The notes beneath the pieces were generated by a model that saw only the letters and a program-made list of their open reading frames with translations, had not been told where the DNA came from and ran no database searches. Of a DNA stretch of 64,000 bases, positions 1 to 14,727 are shown one piece after another. The stretch covers positions 60,209,420 through 60,273,419 of the forward strand of contig NC_068988.1 of assembly GCF_001194135.2 (NCBI RefSeq), in the 5' to 3' direction. Positions within the stretch are counted from its first letter, which is position 1. Each line of letters starts with the position of its first letter. The DNA is from Octopus bimaculoides. Lineage: Eukaryota. The position numbers and the translations under genes are program-made.

Positions 1-715
1 GAATAGCTATTTTAGCTACTGGGAATTTGAGAAACAAAAGGACTTTGCTAACTAAGCGATATGACTAAAAAGAGAATCGAACTGCAGAGTCTGAACTAGT
101 TTTCTAACTACCTCACTCTACGTGCCTTTCACCTTCTCATTTTGAATCTCATTGCTCACTAAAATTCACCGGATCACTAAAAGGAATTTTTCTCTATCTT
201 AACCACATTTTAGAAGCTACGAGTTTTTTAAATAAAACATTTCCCAAAACATATTGCCTACTGAATAATCTTAAAGTTTATCCACTGTCCAGTATAATTT
301 CCATTCACAAAACAGTACTTATTATGCCACGACATCTGCTATCGCTGCTATTACCACATCCTTCTACACATTGATACTGCATGATTAAGCAATCACCAAT
401 GTAAATATATACGTCACGGATCATTTCTGTCACAAGACCATAAAAATGTCTTTCCGGTGTAAAGATTGTTCATTCTTCTTTTCCAAAACGAAGACTTTCT
501 TTCGAAATATAGGTTCAAGATAATTATCTACTGTAATACAATATTTGATATCTTTGTTTTCATTTATTGGCATTACCGCATTACCATATACCATTTACAT
601 AACATAGCACTTGCATTTCTCAAACAATTTTCAAGTGTATATATTATTATCATTATTGCTGTTGTTGTTTATGCTGTTGTTGTTGCTGTTATTATTATTG
701 TTATTATTATTCAGT

Positions 716-1370
716 AGTGTTATTTTTATCACGTGCTTTCACTTCACTGCCGAGCACAGCTCTTTGTCCCTTGGGTATGTGCTGTGGTTTGTTGTGATGC
801 TTTTAATTTTACTGTTTTTAAAGTGTTTTATGTCGGATGTGTGCGGTCCTAGCAGTGCTATTTTCTGTATGTTATATATACCTATTAGTCCTGGTGTATT
901 TGTTATGCATTTTTATCATACCTAATGCACTTACTATGATAGGAATTGTTTCTGTTTTTAAGCTCCACATTCCAGTTGCCTCTTTTTCCAGATCTTTGTA
1001 TTTTCTCCGTTTCTTTTAGAGAAACAGTGTCATCCGTTGGTATTGATACATCGATTAGAAAGCATTTTTTCTTTTTCTTGAACATCTCTAACAACTATAT
1101 CCGGCCTTTTGGCCTTAATTTCTCTATTGTGTGTATTAGCATATCCCAGAGTATGGTTATTTTTTTCATTTTCTGCGAACTTTTCTAGCGTGTGTGTATA
1201 CCATCTTTTTCTGTTGTTATTCCATAGTGTTGATATAGCTTCCAGTGAACATAGATCCCAATGTTGTCGTGCCTGTGAATATATTCCTTCTTAGCCAGAA
1301 ACAATAGGATTTATGGTTTCTTCCCCATACCCACATATTCTGCAGTTACTTGCATTTTTTTCCTTACATG

Positions 1371-1372
<2 letters not shown>
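716..1372 (-). mobile_element. 3' fragment of a REL-endonuclease non-LTR retrotransposon (R4/Dong- or Hero-like), with deletions
   Basis: CRICGYGEETINPIVSG (CCHC knuckle) and KKCFLIDVSIPTDDTVSLKETEK (PD-(D/E)xK region). The 3' UTR at 716-830 matches 15548-15650 in reverse complement. It is flanked by (AAT)n-type tracts on both sides. Confidence 0.8.
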
Positions 1373-1431
<59 letters not shown>

Positions 1432-1441
1432 CATCATCATT

Positions 1442-1482
<41 letters not shown>

Positions 1483-1512
1483 TATTATTATTATTACTAC
1501 TACTACTACTAC

Positions 1513-1550
<38 letters not shown>
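1373..1550. repeat. Compound trinucleotide microsatellite (ATT/ATC/ACT)n
   Basis: Directly visible. It is the source of the poly-I/L/N/D pseudo-ORFs. Confidence 0.97.
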
Positions 1551-1551
<1 letters not shown>

Positions 1552-1806
1552 GGCCGCCATACTGTGAAGTCATGGAAATTCGGTGCTCCGTAAGTTGAAA
1601 AGGTGTTTGTAATTATTTTAGCATTCTAAGGCTCTGTTTCTTTTCATTTTTATTTTTACCATTACATGTCTGAGATTTTCTGGTCTGCGCAGATACTACT
1701 TTTGCGTAGAAACATTTGCTTTGCAGAGAGTGCACTTAGATAACTTTCGAATTTTAACAACTTTCGGCAAAAACAAATATTTTGCAATTTTCTCTTATTT
1801 TTAAAG

Positions 1807-4355
1807 ATGACTGATAAAGAAGCCATTATAATGTTGGACAAAGAAACGCGCTTCTAGTCGGGGGTAGCTGAGAACAAAGAAAGCATTGAGAATATCAATA
1901 TAGAAGAGCCTAAACTTAACGTCACCGAGGCGAAAAAATTTCGTCTCTAAGCACCGTCAAAACTTTCGGTGTCGACTACGAGAACAACGGCAACAGCAGC
2001 AGCAGCAACAACAACAACAATCACAATAACAACAACAACAACAATAACAGCAACAATAACAGGACAAGAAAGGAAACACACAAATGCAAATATCGCCTCT
2101 GCGTCATTTGCGTCGGCGGCGAGAAATGTAGTAAGTTTCCACATAGATGAAGAATTAAAATTGGCAAGAAACATTGTAAAAAGGGATGGGAGAAAGTTAG
2201 CTCTAAACTTTCCATCCGAATTGATTGAAAATATCGCAAGATGCACGGTAACATACCCCAGCATCGGAGTCAAGTCTTGGCAGGTGGAAAGCGAAGTACA
2301 AAATGCCTTGGACGCGTGTGGGAACAGAAGACCCACATCACCCGAGTAAAGAAGTTTGGAACCATCGAACTGAGGTTTGGGACGGTAGAAGCTAGATGTA
2401 ATTCCGCAGCCACTTTGAGGAATGACGACTTTTTTTAATTCCCAACTATTGCAGCCAACGTCTTGCTAAGATTAGGGTGCTGAATGTACCATCAGAAATA
2501 TCCATTACCTGGTTAGTGGCGGCCGTCTTTGCAGGTTTAGAAGACGAAGAAGTCACAATACTGGGGGGGGGGGTCAAGAAACTACCTAAGCAAAACCGGT
2601 TAGTTAAAGGTATGGAACTGACCGTGCAATGCAAGCAGGATCGTATCAACCAGCTACCCGATCTAATCAATCTCCCGGATGGTACTCACCTGTCAGTGTT
2701 CGTGAACACCCGGTCTTCTTGAAAACCAAGGTGAGCAACGTCATTTTCTTTCTCCTACTAGCATGGCTGTGCTGACAATGGTGTGTCCGAATGGGCAAGG
2801 CCTTGTATCAGCTTGGAAGCGAGGTTTTTGCTCAATTATCTAGAGTGACTTGATTTGGATGTAACTGCCATTATTGAAACAAGGATCTCCAGAAAACACG
2901 CTCTAGCATCCATTTTCGAGAACTACGAGGTATTCTCTTTCTTGTGGTCTATCGAGAGCGGGTGGCAGTGTAGCCGTGCTACTCCGGAAATCTTCAGTTC
3001 GCCAAGTTCGGGTTATCTTCCTGGACCCGGATGGTAGGGTGATGGTCCTTAACGGGAGCGGCAGCAAAGGTGACGCCATAGACTGGTGGCGGTTTATCCC
3101 CCCAACAGTACTAATGGAGGACTGGAATAGTGTTTTGGGCGCACGGAAGGACTGAGTAGGTTTAATACATAGCAGAAGGAGGTGTAAATGCCTCGAAAAC
3201 CTGCTCAGGACTTTCCGGCTATCAGACAGGTACCGACTGGATTTGCCTGATATGCCAGTGTGGACATGGAGCAACCACAGCGCGTGATCCGGATCGTACT
3301 TAGACAGAGTATTTGTTAGATCAGAGGATAGGCATTGCATAATTTGTATAAACTTTAAATTAGTCGGCCATACATATCACAAATTTGTGATATTCTCAGT
3401 CGGTTAAGATGAAACCCGTAGACAGGGCTCTGTTACTGGATGTTGAAAGCGTCCTTATTGGCTTCCAAAGACTACAGTGACCGGGTTAGCGAACTATTTA
3501 AGCGGCAGTTGACGGGGGCTATTGTCAACAACCGGTGATCAGAGCGATTACAGTAGAATCGATAGCATTTAGCAAAAATTTAGCAATATAAAGAAATAGA
3601 TTAGAGTGTGAACTAGTTAGCTAACTAGAAGATGATATTCGTGAAGGCAGCGCGACCGACGTGTTAGCGTTGAGAATGGCCCTTAACCATTTCATTGGAA
3701 GGTGAGTTGTCAGAGCTAATACCCATGCGCTAAAACAGGTAGAAACTAAAGCCGTCTGATGGGCCCGAACGGTAGATACGCGACGTGAAAACAAACAACG
3801 ATCAACGTATCGGAACAGCCGCGTCCTACTCAGTTCTGAGTAGTTGCTTGCGGCTTCCCAGCAGCACTTGGCACAGCTGTTTGTGGAGAGTGATGTGTGT
3901 GTCGACGACGGTATCGAAAACGTTCTGCATGCACTCATACAGTGTCTTACTGACTTGTGGAGTAATGTCGAACGGCTGCCGTCGCGTGTAGGACAGATCC
4001 GTCTTTTGTCCGATTCCATAATTATGATTACCTCGCTGCCCTCCTTTATTTTCTTCTGTAAAGCCCTCATCGACATTTTCAACTTTCACCTCAGAAGGAA
4101 AAATGAGGGTAGAGCTGGAGGTGCTTTCGTCCTTGGTATTCAGAGTGATATTGGACGGTGGGGTTCCTTGATTATCCCTAGAAGTCCTCCTGAAGCAGGA
4201 GTTTTCTGATAACGATCCCTTTTTGCTCTCTTTTTCTAGTGACATACCGTGTATGCTTTTCATTTTATCATTCCATTATATATTAAACACCCACACTTTA
4301 CGTTTATCTTTGTATTGTCCCACTCATGCTTCGCCCTGGTGGCAAATGAAAGAAA
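1807..4355 (+). mobile_element. Internally deleted Tx1/L1-like LINE (ORF1 remnant, APE endonuclease remnant, C-terminal region; RT not recognisable)
   Basis: An ORF1-like frame starts at ATG 1807 with stops. APE motifs: IIETR (~2869), LVAVYPP, EDWNSVL (~3118), WTWSN (3261) and YLDRVFVRSED (~3298). C-terminal ENVLHALIQC (~3917) and FNFHLRRK. The element ends in a (GTT/ATT)n tract at ~4360-4425. Confidence 0.7.
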
Positions 4356-4391
4356 CTATTGTTATTATTACTACTGTTGTTGTTGTTGTTG

Positions 4392-4422
<31 letters not shown>

Positions 4423-5250
4423 CATTCAAATGTCAATAATTCTGTCATTCCTCAGTTGTTTCAGTCGTTGCATACTTTGATGTAATTGAACCATAAAGGA
4501 ACCTTATGCTCGCCCAAGCGTCTGGCTTTGTCCATTTTTACTCATACGTGTATTCAAGAAATTATTAACAATAAGCATAAGATGGCTGGATGTTTGAAAA
4601 TTTTACATCACAATTACTCGGCTCCAATGTGCAGTAGCTTAGCTAAATGACTTCTATAGAAGTGGGTTGACCTATTTCCTGTAGATGGAAATTGGAAAAA
4701 CCAGAGTATGTGTGTGTGTGGATATGTGCCTCTGTATGTGTGAGTGTGTGTGCATAAGTGTGTGTATATGTTTATATATGAGTGTATGCCCGTGCGTGTA
4801 TGTGTGTGTATGTGTGTTTGCATGTGTGTGTACGTGTGTATCTTTCGCCGATGTTTATCAGTTAACGCCTAAAGATCGGTGACGAAAGGAGAAATTTCTT
4901 GAAGGAAGTACTTTTCAGTTACGCATCATGCATCAAGCTACAGAAACTGCTATGTCTGTACTACCAACGAAAAACAAATAAGAATGCAACACACGCACAC
5001 AAACACGACCATACATCTCTTTTATTTTTCTTATCTTCTGTTGCTTCAGTGAATCGACTTTGAACATGTTTGATCAAATGTTTTACGATTTCATTTCCAA
5101 ATGCTTAGCGGTATTTCGTCCAGATTTAAAACGGCCAGGTCAACTTTGTTTTCATCCTTTTGGGGTCAATGAAACAAGTACCAGTTACACACTGGAGTCG
5201 ATAGCTTACTCACCCACAAACTTTCAGACCTTGTATCTATAGTAGAAAGG

Positions 5251-5307
<57 letters not shown>

Positions 5308-5308
5308 T

Positions 5309-5620
5309 TGGTTTGGTTCAAGTTAGTTCTTATTCCCGGTAGGATTTATGTGGGTAACATTTTATTACTAGTAGCCTTACGTATCCACAAGTTTTCAGCA
5401 GTCTTTCAAGTCCTTAGAACACCTTGGTAGTCGTTGCTGTCCCTAAAAGACAAACTTTCTGTTGGAGCTCTACCGGGCATCCTATTTCGAACTCCTCCAA
5501 CCATTTTCTATATCTTTGCTTACTGTTCCCAACACACTCTTTACTATAGGTACGAACTTTACTGTCCGTACGCTCGAAATTCTTCTTATTTCGAATTTTA
5601 AGGGATTATATTTTAACGGA
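5309..5620 (-). mobile_element. Decayed 3' end of a REL-endonuclease LINE
   Basis: LKFEIRRISSVRTVKFVPIVKSVLGTVSKD, then (frameshift) WLEEFEIGCPVELQQKVCLLGTA. The tail runs into (AAT)n at 5253-5308. Confidence 0.65.
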
Positions 5621-6987
5621 TTGTACAAATATACGAAGCCCAATGTACCCATCATGACTACCCGTTTGATAAACATATACTAGGCACATGCATCACAACC
5701 ATACGTGAGCGACATGATGACCTACCTTATATCAAGATGAAAAGTGAATGACTTAGCAGGTGAGGTTCAGTTAAAACTTTCCTCCGGTCACGTAGCCCAT
5801 CCTACTCAAAAGGGTCATGAATAAGGTTTGTTTAAGGATGAAGAATAAAACAGCCATGTTTCCAAAGGTAAATTATTCAAATTTCAAAGAATTCCCCTCA
5901 ATACATGGCTATGATGCTCCCTCATTACTCTTACTCGTGATCAGAGATGTACATATCATCAGCCACTTATGGACATGTTCATTTGCTTGAGGTCAAGCAA
6001 CTGACAAACAAAACTGTGGTATTGAGCAGAATATTCTCTGTAGCGCATCTTTTACATCAAAACAAAACATATACATGATAACACTTCCAATCAGTTAAAA
6101 TGAGCAGCCATGAGATCCACTGCCTGGAATTGATTCAGGGCATATCATTATTATTGTTGATACGATAAACTGTCTCCTTACGTTAACATACGTTCCATTT
6201 ACATTACTTATGAAATACAAAGTTGTAATACTCCTCTTACATTGAGTATCATCGTATATATTCACCTGATTATAAGTTGCTTTGCAATTTAATATAAAGT
6301 TGTTATCATCATTTTATAAACTACTGCGATGAGCATAATCGTTATGCCTATTGTTAGTATTCAAGCAGCGGCCACTGTAATTACGTATACTCAACTTAAT
6401 AATTGTTCTATCAATGGAGGGTGTTCTTAAATCGCAGCTAGATCTTCACTATGACAGAAGCTGCCTCTTGTAATATCAGGATGGTTACTAGTCGGCACGC
6501 TAGAGCATGATCGTTACTCTCGTCTCCGTGTTACAAATAGATGCAGTATTGTGGTACTTATTTAATCTTATCAACCCAACGGCTCAAACGAAGGCTTCAC
6601 TCTAAAATGCAACAGTTCCCTTGAATATTTGTAGCTAAACGCATGGATATCTGGGAAGAAACACTGTTCATCATTGACCAAATAGAGATGATTTCTGAGT
6701 ACTCATTGTGCTTATGATATAACCTATACAAGCCAGAATGGAGATCGAACGTGGCATCTAGGAAAGTATCTACATTTTTATTAATACGACTAACCATTGG
6801 CATGGGCAGGTCACCGTTTTGATACGTGCTCCCCAGCATTGGGATTTCTGCATTTTCAGACATTGGGGTTTCATCGTAGCATTAAGCAATTGCTATCATG
6901 ATCACCGCGCAGCAGCCGCAGGGCTTGCACTGAGTTCTGATTCATTCTTTGCATCCGATATGCGTGTGTTTGTGAGTGTTTTGTGTG

Positions 6988-7028
<41 letters not shown>

Positions 7029-8321
7029 TGTGTCTGTGATGCGTAACTACACCTACTGCTGCTTATTGTTGTTTAAGTAGTAAGAGTGAGAGAGAGAGAG
7101 TGTGTGTGTAACTACTATGAGATGACAGAGAGGGTGAAAAAACATTTTTANNNNNNNNNNNNNNNNNNNNNNNNNNNNNNNNNNNNNNNNNNNNNNNNNN
7201 NNNNNNNNNNNNNNNNNNNNNNNNNNNNNNNNNNNNNNNNNNNNNNNNNNNNNNNNNNNNNNNNNNNNNNNNNNNNNNNNNNNNNNNNNNATATATATAT
7301 ATATATATATATATACGTATAAATATGTACATACATATGTGTATATATAAATGGGCGGGTGAGCATATGTATATACTTGCATGTGTGTATGTTTGTGTAT
7401 TTGTGTATGTATGCATGTATGTATACATGTACGCATGTACATATGCATGTATGTATAGGTTTCGAGTGACGTACATATTCTATATATTATAGAAAAGGAA
7501 GTATTATAGTTACGGCTTCGGTTTTTTTAAAAATCATCTATTTAGCGCTTTTGTCCCTTCTAGGGATTCACATGAATGATTTGTTGGAGAAAATTCATAA
7601 CTACTATACGTATCCGAGTTAGTTCAAAACTCACATGCATATAAAGCAAATGAATTTTCTTTAAGATAGTCATGTTGAATCCATGAAAGTGATGAAAACG
7701 GTATATAAATAGTTTTTTATCCAAATCCCGTCTACACTCACGAGGAAATTCGAATAACCTGAAGATTTCTCTACAACTCATGGTTAGCAACTTGAATAGG
7801 TATGAATGCAAATACAGATCCAATTTGAGAGAGTGGAACAGGTAAAGTCCATGTTACATATGTTTCCTCGCTGGTAGATCCACTTAACTATGTCAACGGT
7901 AAACCGTTTACTGTGAACATAGTCAAGTTGCATCTCTTAATATGTATTACCACCTTTATTTCCTCTTACATTCAGCAACTATCTACATAACCCATCTCTT
8001 TCTACCCATCTCTGTTCTTGATTCGCTACAACTTTATATCATTCAGCTCCAAAATATTTGACCGCTTCCTTCCCTTTTTCTTACTAATTGCTAATTTTAT
8101 TTCTTCAAACATGTTTTTCTTGTTTTTGTCTGCTTCTTTCGGCTTCACTACTCATTTCAATTTATATTTACGGTGTGTTAACTTAGGTATCCCAAACTAC
8201 TATGTAACTTTCATATATGTAAGTTATGCTTGGCCTGCTGAATAACCCACGTCGAAGGTCTGTTAGCCAGGGAAAATATGTTGCCTGGATTTCACCTGTT
8301 TCACTTCACCTCAATTCCGAC

Positions 8322-8367
<46 letters not shown>

Positions 8368-11300
8368 NNNNNNNNNNNNNNNNNNNNNNNNNNNNNNNNN
8401 NNNNNNNNNNNNNNNNNNNNNNNNNNNNNNNNNNNNNNNNNNNNNNNNNNNNNNNNNNNNNNNNNNNNNNNNNNNNNNNNNNNNNNNNNNNNNNNNNNNN
8501 NNNNNNNNNNNNNNNNNNNNNNNNNNNNNNNNNNNNNNNNNNNNNNNNNNNNNNNNNNNNNNNNNNNNNNNNNNNNNNNNNNNNNNNNNNNNNNNNNNNN
8601 NNNNNNNNNNNNNNNNNNNNNNNNNNNNNNNNNNNNNNNNNNNNNNNNNNNNNNNNNNNNNNNNNNNNNNNNNNNNNNNNNNNNNNNNNNNNNNNNNNNN
8701 NNNNNNNNNNNNNNNNNNNNNNNATATATATATATATATACATATACGGAAAAAAAGTCTAGGGAGAAAATGCTAAAATAATTTTATAAAAAACATTGCA
8801 GTACCGGTTTCACTCATTGAGACTTTTTCAACTATAAGTATGGAAAGCAATTCAATTTAGGAAAAATTAAATGACTAGATTTTTAAAAGAATATTTGCAT
8901 AGTACTCAAATACAAGGGGCATTTTCCTAATATATATATTACAAAACGCAAGAAAATTGCAAGATAGTTTCACTGTTAGTAATATTAGTTTGACAAATGA
9001 AGGAATAAATATAGTGTAAAGGCATAGTTTATCGAACAGATTCTTATGTCAGGTAGTAGCGAAATTTTCAGAATGGACACGAAAATGTTGAAAAGCAGAG
9101 CGAGGTAAACATGCAAGTGGATTAGGATCGTGTGGTCGGGCTTTTACTAACGAGAGGAGGTATGGTTGAGGATTTATGCTTTTATCTCTATAGATATTGC
9201 TCTGCTCGTTGATATTCGTTTGTGAGCGCGTGTGCATGTGTGGAGTATATGTGGATAGAGTGTACACTAACACACACACACTTATATAGTCATTGCGTGT
9301 ATGCACATGTACGTATCTGAAATACGCGTTCATTTTGTGAGAATGTGTGTGGTTGGTGACATCAGCAGCGTCTGTCTGCATGTGTGACTATGAGTAACTA
9401 TGTGTATTTGTAGGTTAGTGAGTGTATGTGTCGCAATGTGAATATGCTTCAGTGCGCGTGTAGGTATGCCTCTGTGGTATATAAATGCATGTTTCCGCTT
9501 GACTTTGTATATACTGGAGTGATAAAATGAATCACAATGTATGGTTTAAGGAGATGAATGATTGTGTGTGTGTAAGTATATAGACACGCTTAAAAGCGAA
9601 CGGATATCAGAGTGTATAGTGGTCTGTACATATATTCTTAGTTGGATCTTTGGTATTGTGTTTAGGTGTGTGCGAGTGCATGTCATTGTGTATGTACTTG
9701 TGCGGGCGCGCGCACACACACGCAAGCACACACAGGCATGCACACACGCATGCACATATACAGAAGCGTTCTTGAGTGTTTGTATATATTAATGCACTTA
9801 ATTCGTAAAACGGAATGATTTACGGTGTGCAAGAGTGCGTGCGTGTGGTTATAAATCTATGCGTGTGTGTACCGCTTTGGATCCAAACGTTAAGTTGAAT
9901 GGAAGTTCACTATTAGCAGTAAGACGAATATAGTGGAAAATTTTCAAAACTTCTCTGTGCACATGGTTTTTACTGTTTCTTCTTTTGTAATTTCACTGAA
10001 TTCCTAATGTGATATTTTGGTATGAATTATAATTAATTTTCTGTGTGATGGCATGACTAGAGAGAAGCTTTGTAAAGCAAAAATAGAAAATAACAGAAAA
10101 GAAAATTAAGTGATTATCATTATTATCATGACTAACATTCTCATATTTCGATGACTAACGCATGTGTACTTGTAATTTATAGTTCTTCATACAAGATTCA
10201 ATATGATGTTTTATATTTTATCTCTGTTCCAATATTTAGAAATGGATACAATTTCAGATTTTCAACTGCATATTTAATTTCAAGTTTGAATAGTATAATG
10301 TGGATTCAATAAGACTTCTTAGCAACATCGTTCTATCTCCTTTTAGAACCGCTAGCATTATTTAAAAATCTCACAAGACAGCAAAATACAAATGGAAAAG
10401 AGTAACATCAAGATTTATTTTTCGTTTTAATAAAGAAGAAATTAACGATCGTTAAATGCTTTAGGCTACAGTTATTTTTACAATCTAGCTTCAATTTTGT
10501 GTGTGTCTGTGTGTCTGTGTATCCCTGTGAGTGTGTCGGTGTTTGTGTGTACATATGTGTGTGTTTATAAATATTGAAATATTTCTTCGTATTTAACCTT
10601 GATTAAAGTTTCTTCCAAATGGAAAATATTTTCCCCAATAGACATTAACTCTAATTTAAATGATTAAATTTTCTTGCTCTTACTTGTATGGATTTTGAAG
10701 GAAAACAAAAATATTTTTGAAATGAATACCCTGCTTCCCTCAGGTTGAATTTCATCATTCATTCGCTAACAAGTCAATTTCTACCATAGTTAAAATAACA
10801 ATGAATACGTTACGTTTTGGTGCTGGTAGCACATGCTCTGTGACTAACAAGCTGGATAAATAAAACAATTGGTACACAGATGGTTAATTCTATGATTTGT
10901 ATCCTTCAGTTACAGCTATTTACCTTCTATGTTCAAATCCCTAAATTTTGAGGAGCGATGGGATACGTTCGAGTGAACAAACGAACAGTTGATTTTATGA
11001 AGTATGACAGTGTTATTGAAGGTGAACATAGAGGTTGCGATTCCAATCTAAAACTTAATAGAGTGGATATGTTCATGACTTCTGTATTTAACTATGTTCC
11101 TTCGTTTTTGCTTCTTTCTTGGGAACAACAGCAACCTTGTTTACTTCCTGTAAAAAAGGAAGGTATTCATGGGCGTCTAAACTAGCTTGCTATAAACAGC
11201 AACCAAATTCACTTGATATACAGACACATCAGATACCGTTGATTGAGAGAAAGAGAGGAACTGAGTGATATAACTCCACTTTATCGTGCCCGGAAGTATG

Positions 11301-12372
11301 AATGGAAAATATGACTTCAGTAGTATTTGAAGACATAGGAGATATATTTGGCAAAAGCACAAGATTTACTTCACAAAATATAACTACTGTACCAATTCGC
11401 CGTATCAAACCCGAATATCTATGTCATTGGCGCTAGGACAATATTTCTTTTCAATGTTTTACGTTTCACGCAATGCGAATTCCTCACAAAATTCACTTTT
11501 GTAATACTATTTCTATCATAAGCACATGATTAGAACATTACAAAAGGCATAATGGTCCGATTGATTCTTAAGTAGTTGATCTCTCTATAAATCATTCTGT
11601 CTCCCGCATAACTTTCGGAAGATTTCCAAACATTTGGTGATGCAAGTGTTAATATTTATTGGTTATTTCAAATGATATTCACAGCCTCACGTCAAGTTTT
11701 AATGATTATTTTTTAATCTACTAATTCTGATTAACCGTTTCTAAAATTACTGTTTTTAAAACATTGTGACGGGTTACAGAAATATCAAATAATTACATTG
11801 AGATACTTCTCCAAAATGCTTGTAAAACTAAATACGAGAAAATATACATATATTACAATATGAAGGCATTTTCCACGCATGAAGGAGGTATATTCTCTTC
11901 CCTTGGTCGATGTGTCAAACATAACAGCCAAGTTTCTCTCAGATTATACACTATCATATTGAGAAATGTGTACATTGTAGCCTAGATAGATTGTGTTTAT
12001 AAATAAAGGTTAAACTTGTCTGCCCTCGAATATATTCGATAATTTGATCATAGACCTCTTCAGTCAGCTATGACAAAGGGATAAATAAGCATTAAAACCT
12101 AATCATATCAACGTTCCGTCTCTGATAATGGGGCTATAGTCAACTGAACAGAGTAGTATGTTACTGGTGTATATTTTTGTGGTTTAATATAGTGTGGTTA
12201 GTCTATACAATGATGGCTACAAAGGAATTGCCATAAAGCAATCCCAGGAATAATCCTTTTTACCAAATGTTCGATAGTTATGTGCGTCATATAACACTTC
12301 ATTTCAAATTTTAAACAAAACCTCAATGACAATTGCTTCGTCAAAATTGTTTGTGACAAGTTGCGACTCGTA

Positions 12373-12583
12373 TTACTCTTTTACTCTTTTGCTTCTTTCA
12401 GTCATTTGACTGTGGCCATGCTGGAGCACCACCTTTAGTCGAGCAAATCGACTCCAGGACTTATTCTTTGTAAGCCTAGCACTTATTCTATCGGTCTCTT
12501 TTGCCGAACCGCTATGTTACATGGACGTAAACACAACAGCATCGGTTATCAAGCGATGTTGGGGAGACAAACACAGACACACG

Positions 12584-12615
<32 letters not shown>

Positions 12616-12779
12616 CGACGGGCTTCTTTCAGTTTCCGTCTACCAAATCCACTCACAAGGCTTTGGTCGGCCCGAGGCTATAGTTGAAAACAGTTGCTCA
12701 AGGTGCCACGCAGTGTGACTGAACCCGGAACCATGTGCTTCGCAAGCAAACTACTTACCACACACCCACTCCTACGCCT
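12373..12779 (-). mobile_element. tRNA-derived SINE, family A (abundant Octopus-type SINE)
   Basis: Minus-strand head aggcgtaggagtgggtgtgtggtaag...ggttccgggttcagtcac (A/B-box-like), an internal (CA/TA) tract and a ttactctttt tail. Homologous copies occur at 24425, 26836 and 57680. Confidence 0.85.
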
Positions 12780-13508
12780 ATTATCTTGATAAAATTTATC
12801 ACACCATTCCAATGGAAGACTCCTCAGATTTATCACAGCATACGACAGTCACATTCTTTTCCCTTACTCTACTGTGTGGAATTACGTATAGCGTAATTAC
12901 ATATAAAAAGTCTGAGCCAGAGGATAGTACTGTGTGATGTCTACGAACAAAACAACGCTCTACCGAAGGCAATATATAAACTGCTTACTGCGATTAGGCC
13001 AATGAATGGTATTTAGATTTTTAAGACTGCACTACAATAACGGCATTTTAAATGCTATCAATGAAGTCTGATTTAAAAAGCAATTAAAGGAAACATTGCT
13101 AGATAACATTGTGATACATATACACTGGAGACAAGGAGACACGAACTATCCTAATTGAATGTGGTAGTTCTCAAATACCACAACCACCTGCAAATCATGC
13201 TGTTTGTATTCGTACTTGAGATTTGTCTGTACAAATTGGCAAAAAAAAAACGGAAACTTATAAGTGGAAACTTATAATTAACAATTCCAATAAGCCACAG
13301 AGCACTTTCAGCTCTGAAATATAATAACCATAAAATCATAAAATCCACTTGCGAGGAATTCAGTTACATGTAAATATTTCAACCGTAACAGAAATACACA
13401 CGCGAATACGGACACATACACGCGTATAGAGATTTGTGTGTATATACTTATACATAACGCATATACATATGCATATATAAAAAAAATCACACAAACACAC
13501 ACACACAC

Positions 13509-13586
<78 letters not shown>

Positions 13587-14506
13587 GTATACATATACAT
13601 AAATATACATATATGTATATGTATATGTGCATACTCATATATGTGCATGCTCATAGATGTGTGTATATATACTTATATATAACGCATATACATACGTATA
13701 TCATTGTCTATATATACATATTGTTTGCATACATATATGTATATATAAACATGAACATGCACACACTGACACACATACATATATATGCAAATACATACAT
13801 ACTTTTTTTTTTCCATAGAAGTATTCAGCATTAGATTGAAAGCAATTATAGCCATTACTTTCGGTATAGAATTGCGAAGTGTTGTTAGGAATTAACTAGA
13901 ATTTACCCCTATAAGCATGTTTCTTAATGCATTCAATTCCATATATTTCGTTCAATGCTGGTATGTCTGTAGAAATGTTCTCTCATTAAATTTCAATAGC
14001 GGGTAAGATGAGAACCTTTCACACATTATTGAAATTATTTTCTTTAGCAGAGCCTGTATATGTGAGCTTATGTATAGTTTTCATGGGATTGAATAGACGA
14101 CAACTATAAGTATTCCAAGGAAATTCTGAGTGGCTGTGATGGTGTGAAGTGAGGCTATACTTCCATGTGCGGGTGCGGGTGTGTAAGTATTTTCTATTAT
14201 CTACTTCGCAATTATAAGTTCCTATAAGCACGTATGCAAGTACGGCTGTGTGTTGAATTTCGCTTCGCTTCCTAAACACATAGTTTCATATACAACTCCA
14301 ATTCTTTGCACCGTGGGCATGTATCTTCTGCTGTGAGGAAGGGAATGGCCGTATAACTCAAAGTCAAGGCAGAGCTGTAGTAAGGATATCTAAGCATATA
14401 GTGACTCCATATATAACAATTATCCCATATTGCTTACTTGTTTGTTTCTTCTTTTTTTATTTTTTTGCCTTTTGCGCTTCATTTTTGTTACCAACATTCA
14501 ATTATA

Positions 14507-14727
14507 TTGGTTTGTCCGGAAAGTTCGTGCCTATATATAATAGCTTACCTTTCGACTTATTTGCCATGAAACCACCTCAATTCTTGGAAGAGGGTATTTT
14601 CAAGTTAAATGGAGACGCATTGTGCAACAAAATGGTTCATATTTTTGGGATTAAAAATGTAATGGCAAGTATTTATTGACCTTTTTCTTTCCTTTAAAAA
14701 TCGGCACGAACTTTCCGGACAACCAAA
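14507..14727 (+). mobile_element. 221-bp mariner-derived MITE (internal deletion derivative)
   Basis: 25-bp TIRs ttggtttgtccggaaagttcgtgcc / ggcacgaactttccggacaaccaaa (2 mismatches), TA on both sides. The interior keeps the transposase C-terminus (FLEEGIFKL...WRRIVQQNGSY). Confidence 0.88.

Noticed and set aside
5620-6150. Sequence resembling an abundant unclassified Octopus interspersed repeat, containing ctgatga on the minus strand (~5957-5963)
   Set aside because: There is no second copy in the window to support boundaries, and no GAAA or stem II follows the motif, so it is not a hammerhead.
7635-7733. Minus-strand segment IPFSSLSWIQHDYLKENSFALYA followed by a good gtgagt donor, loosely like the expected next M13 exon (SLGLPSRDYY)
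   Set aside because: The only nearby AG acceptor gives an in-frame TAA (~7717-7719), and there is no polypyrimidine tract or DQ motif. Worth revisiting only if RNA-seq or resequencing contradicts the assembly.
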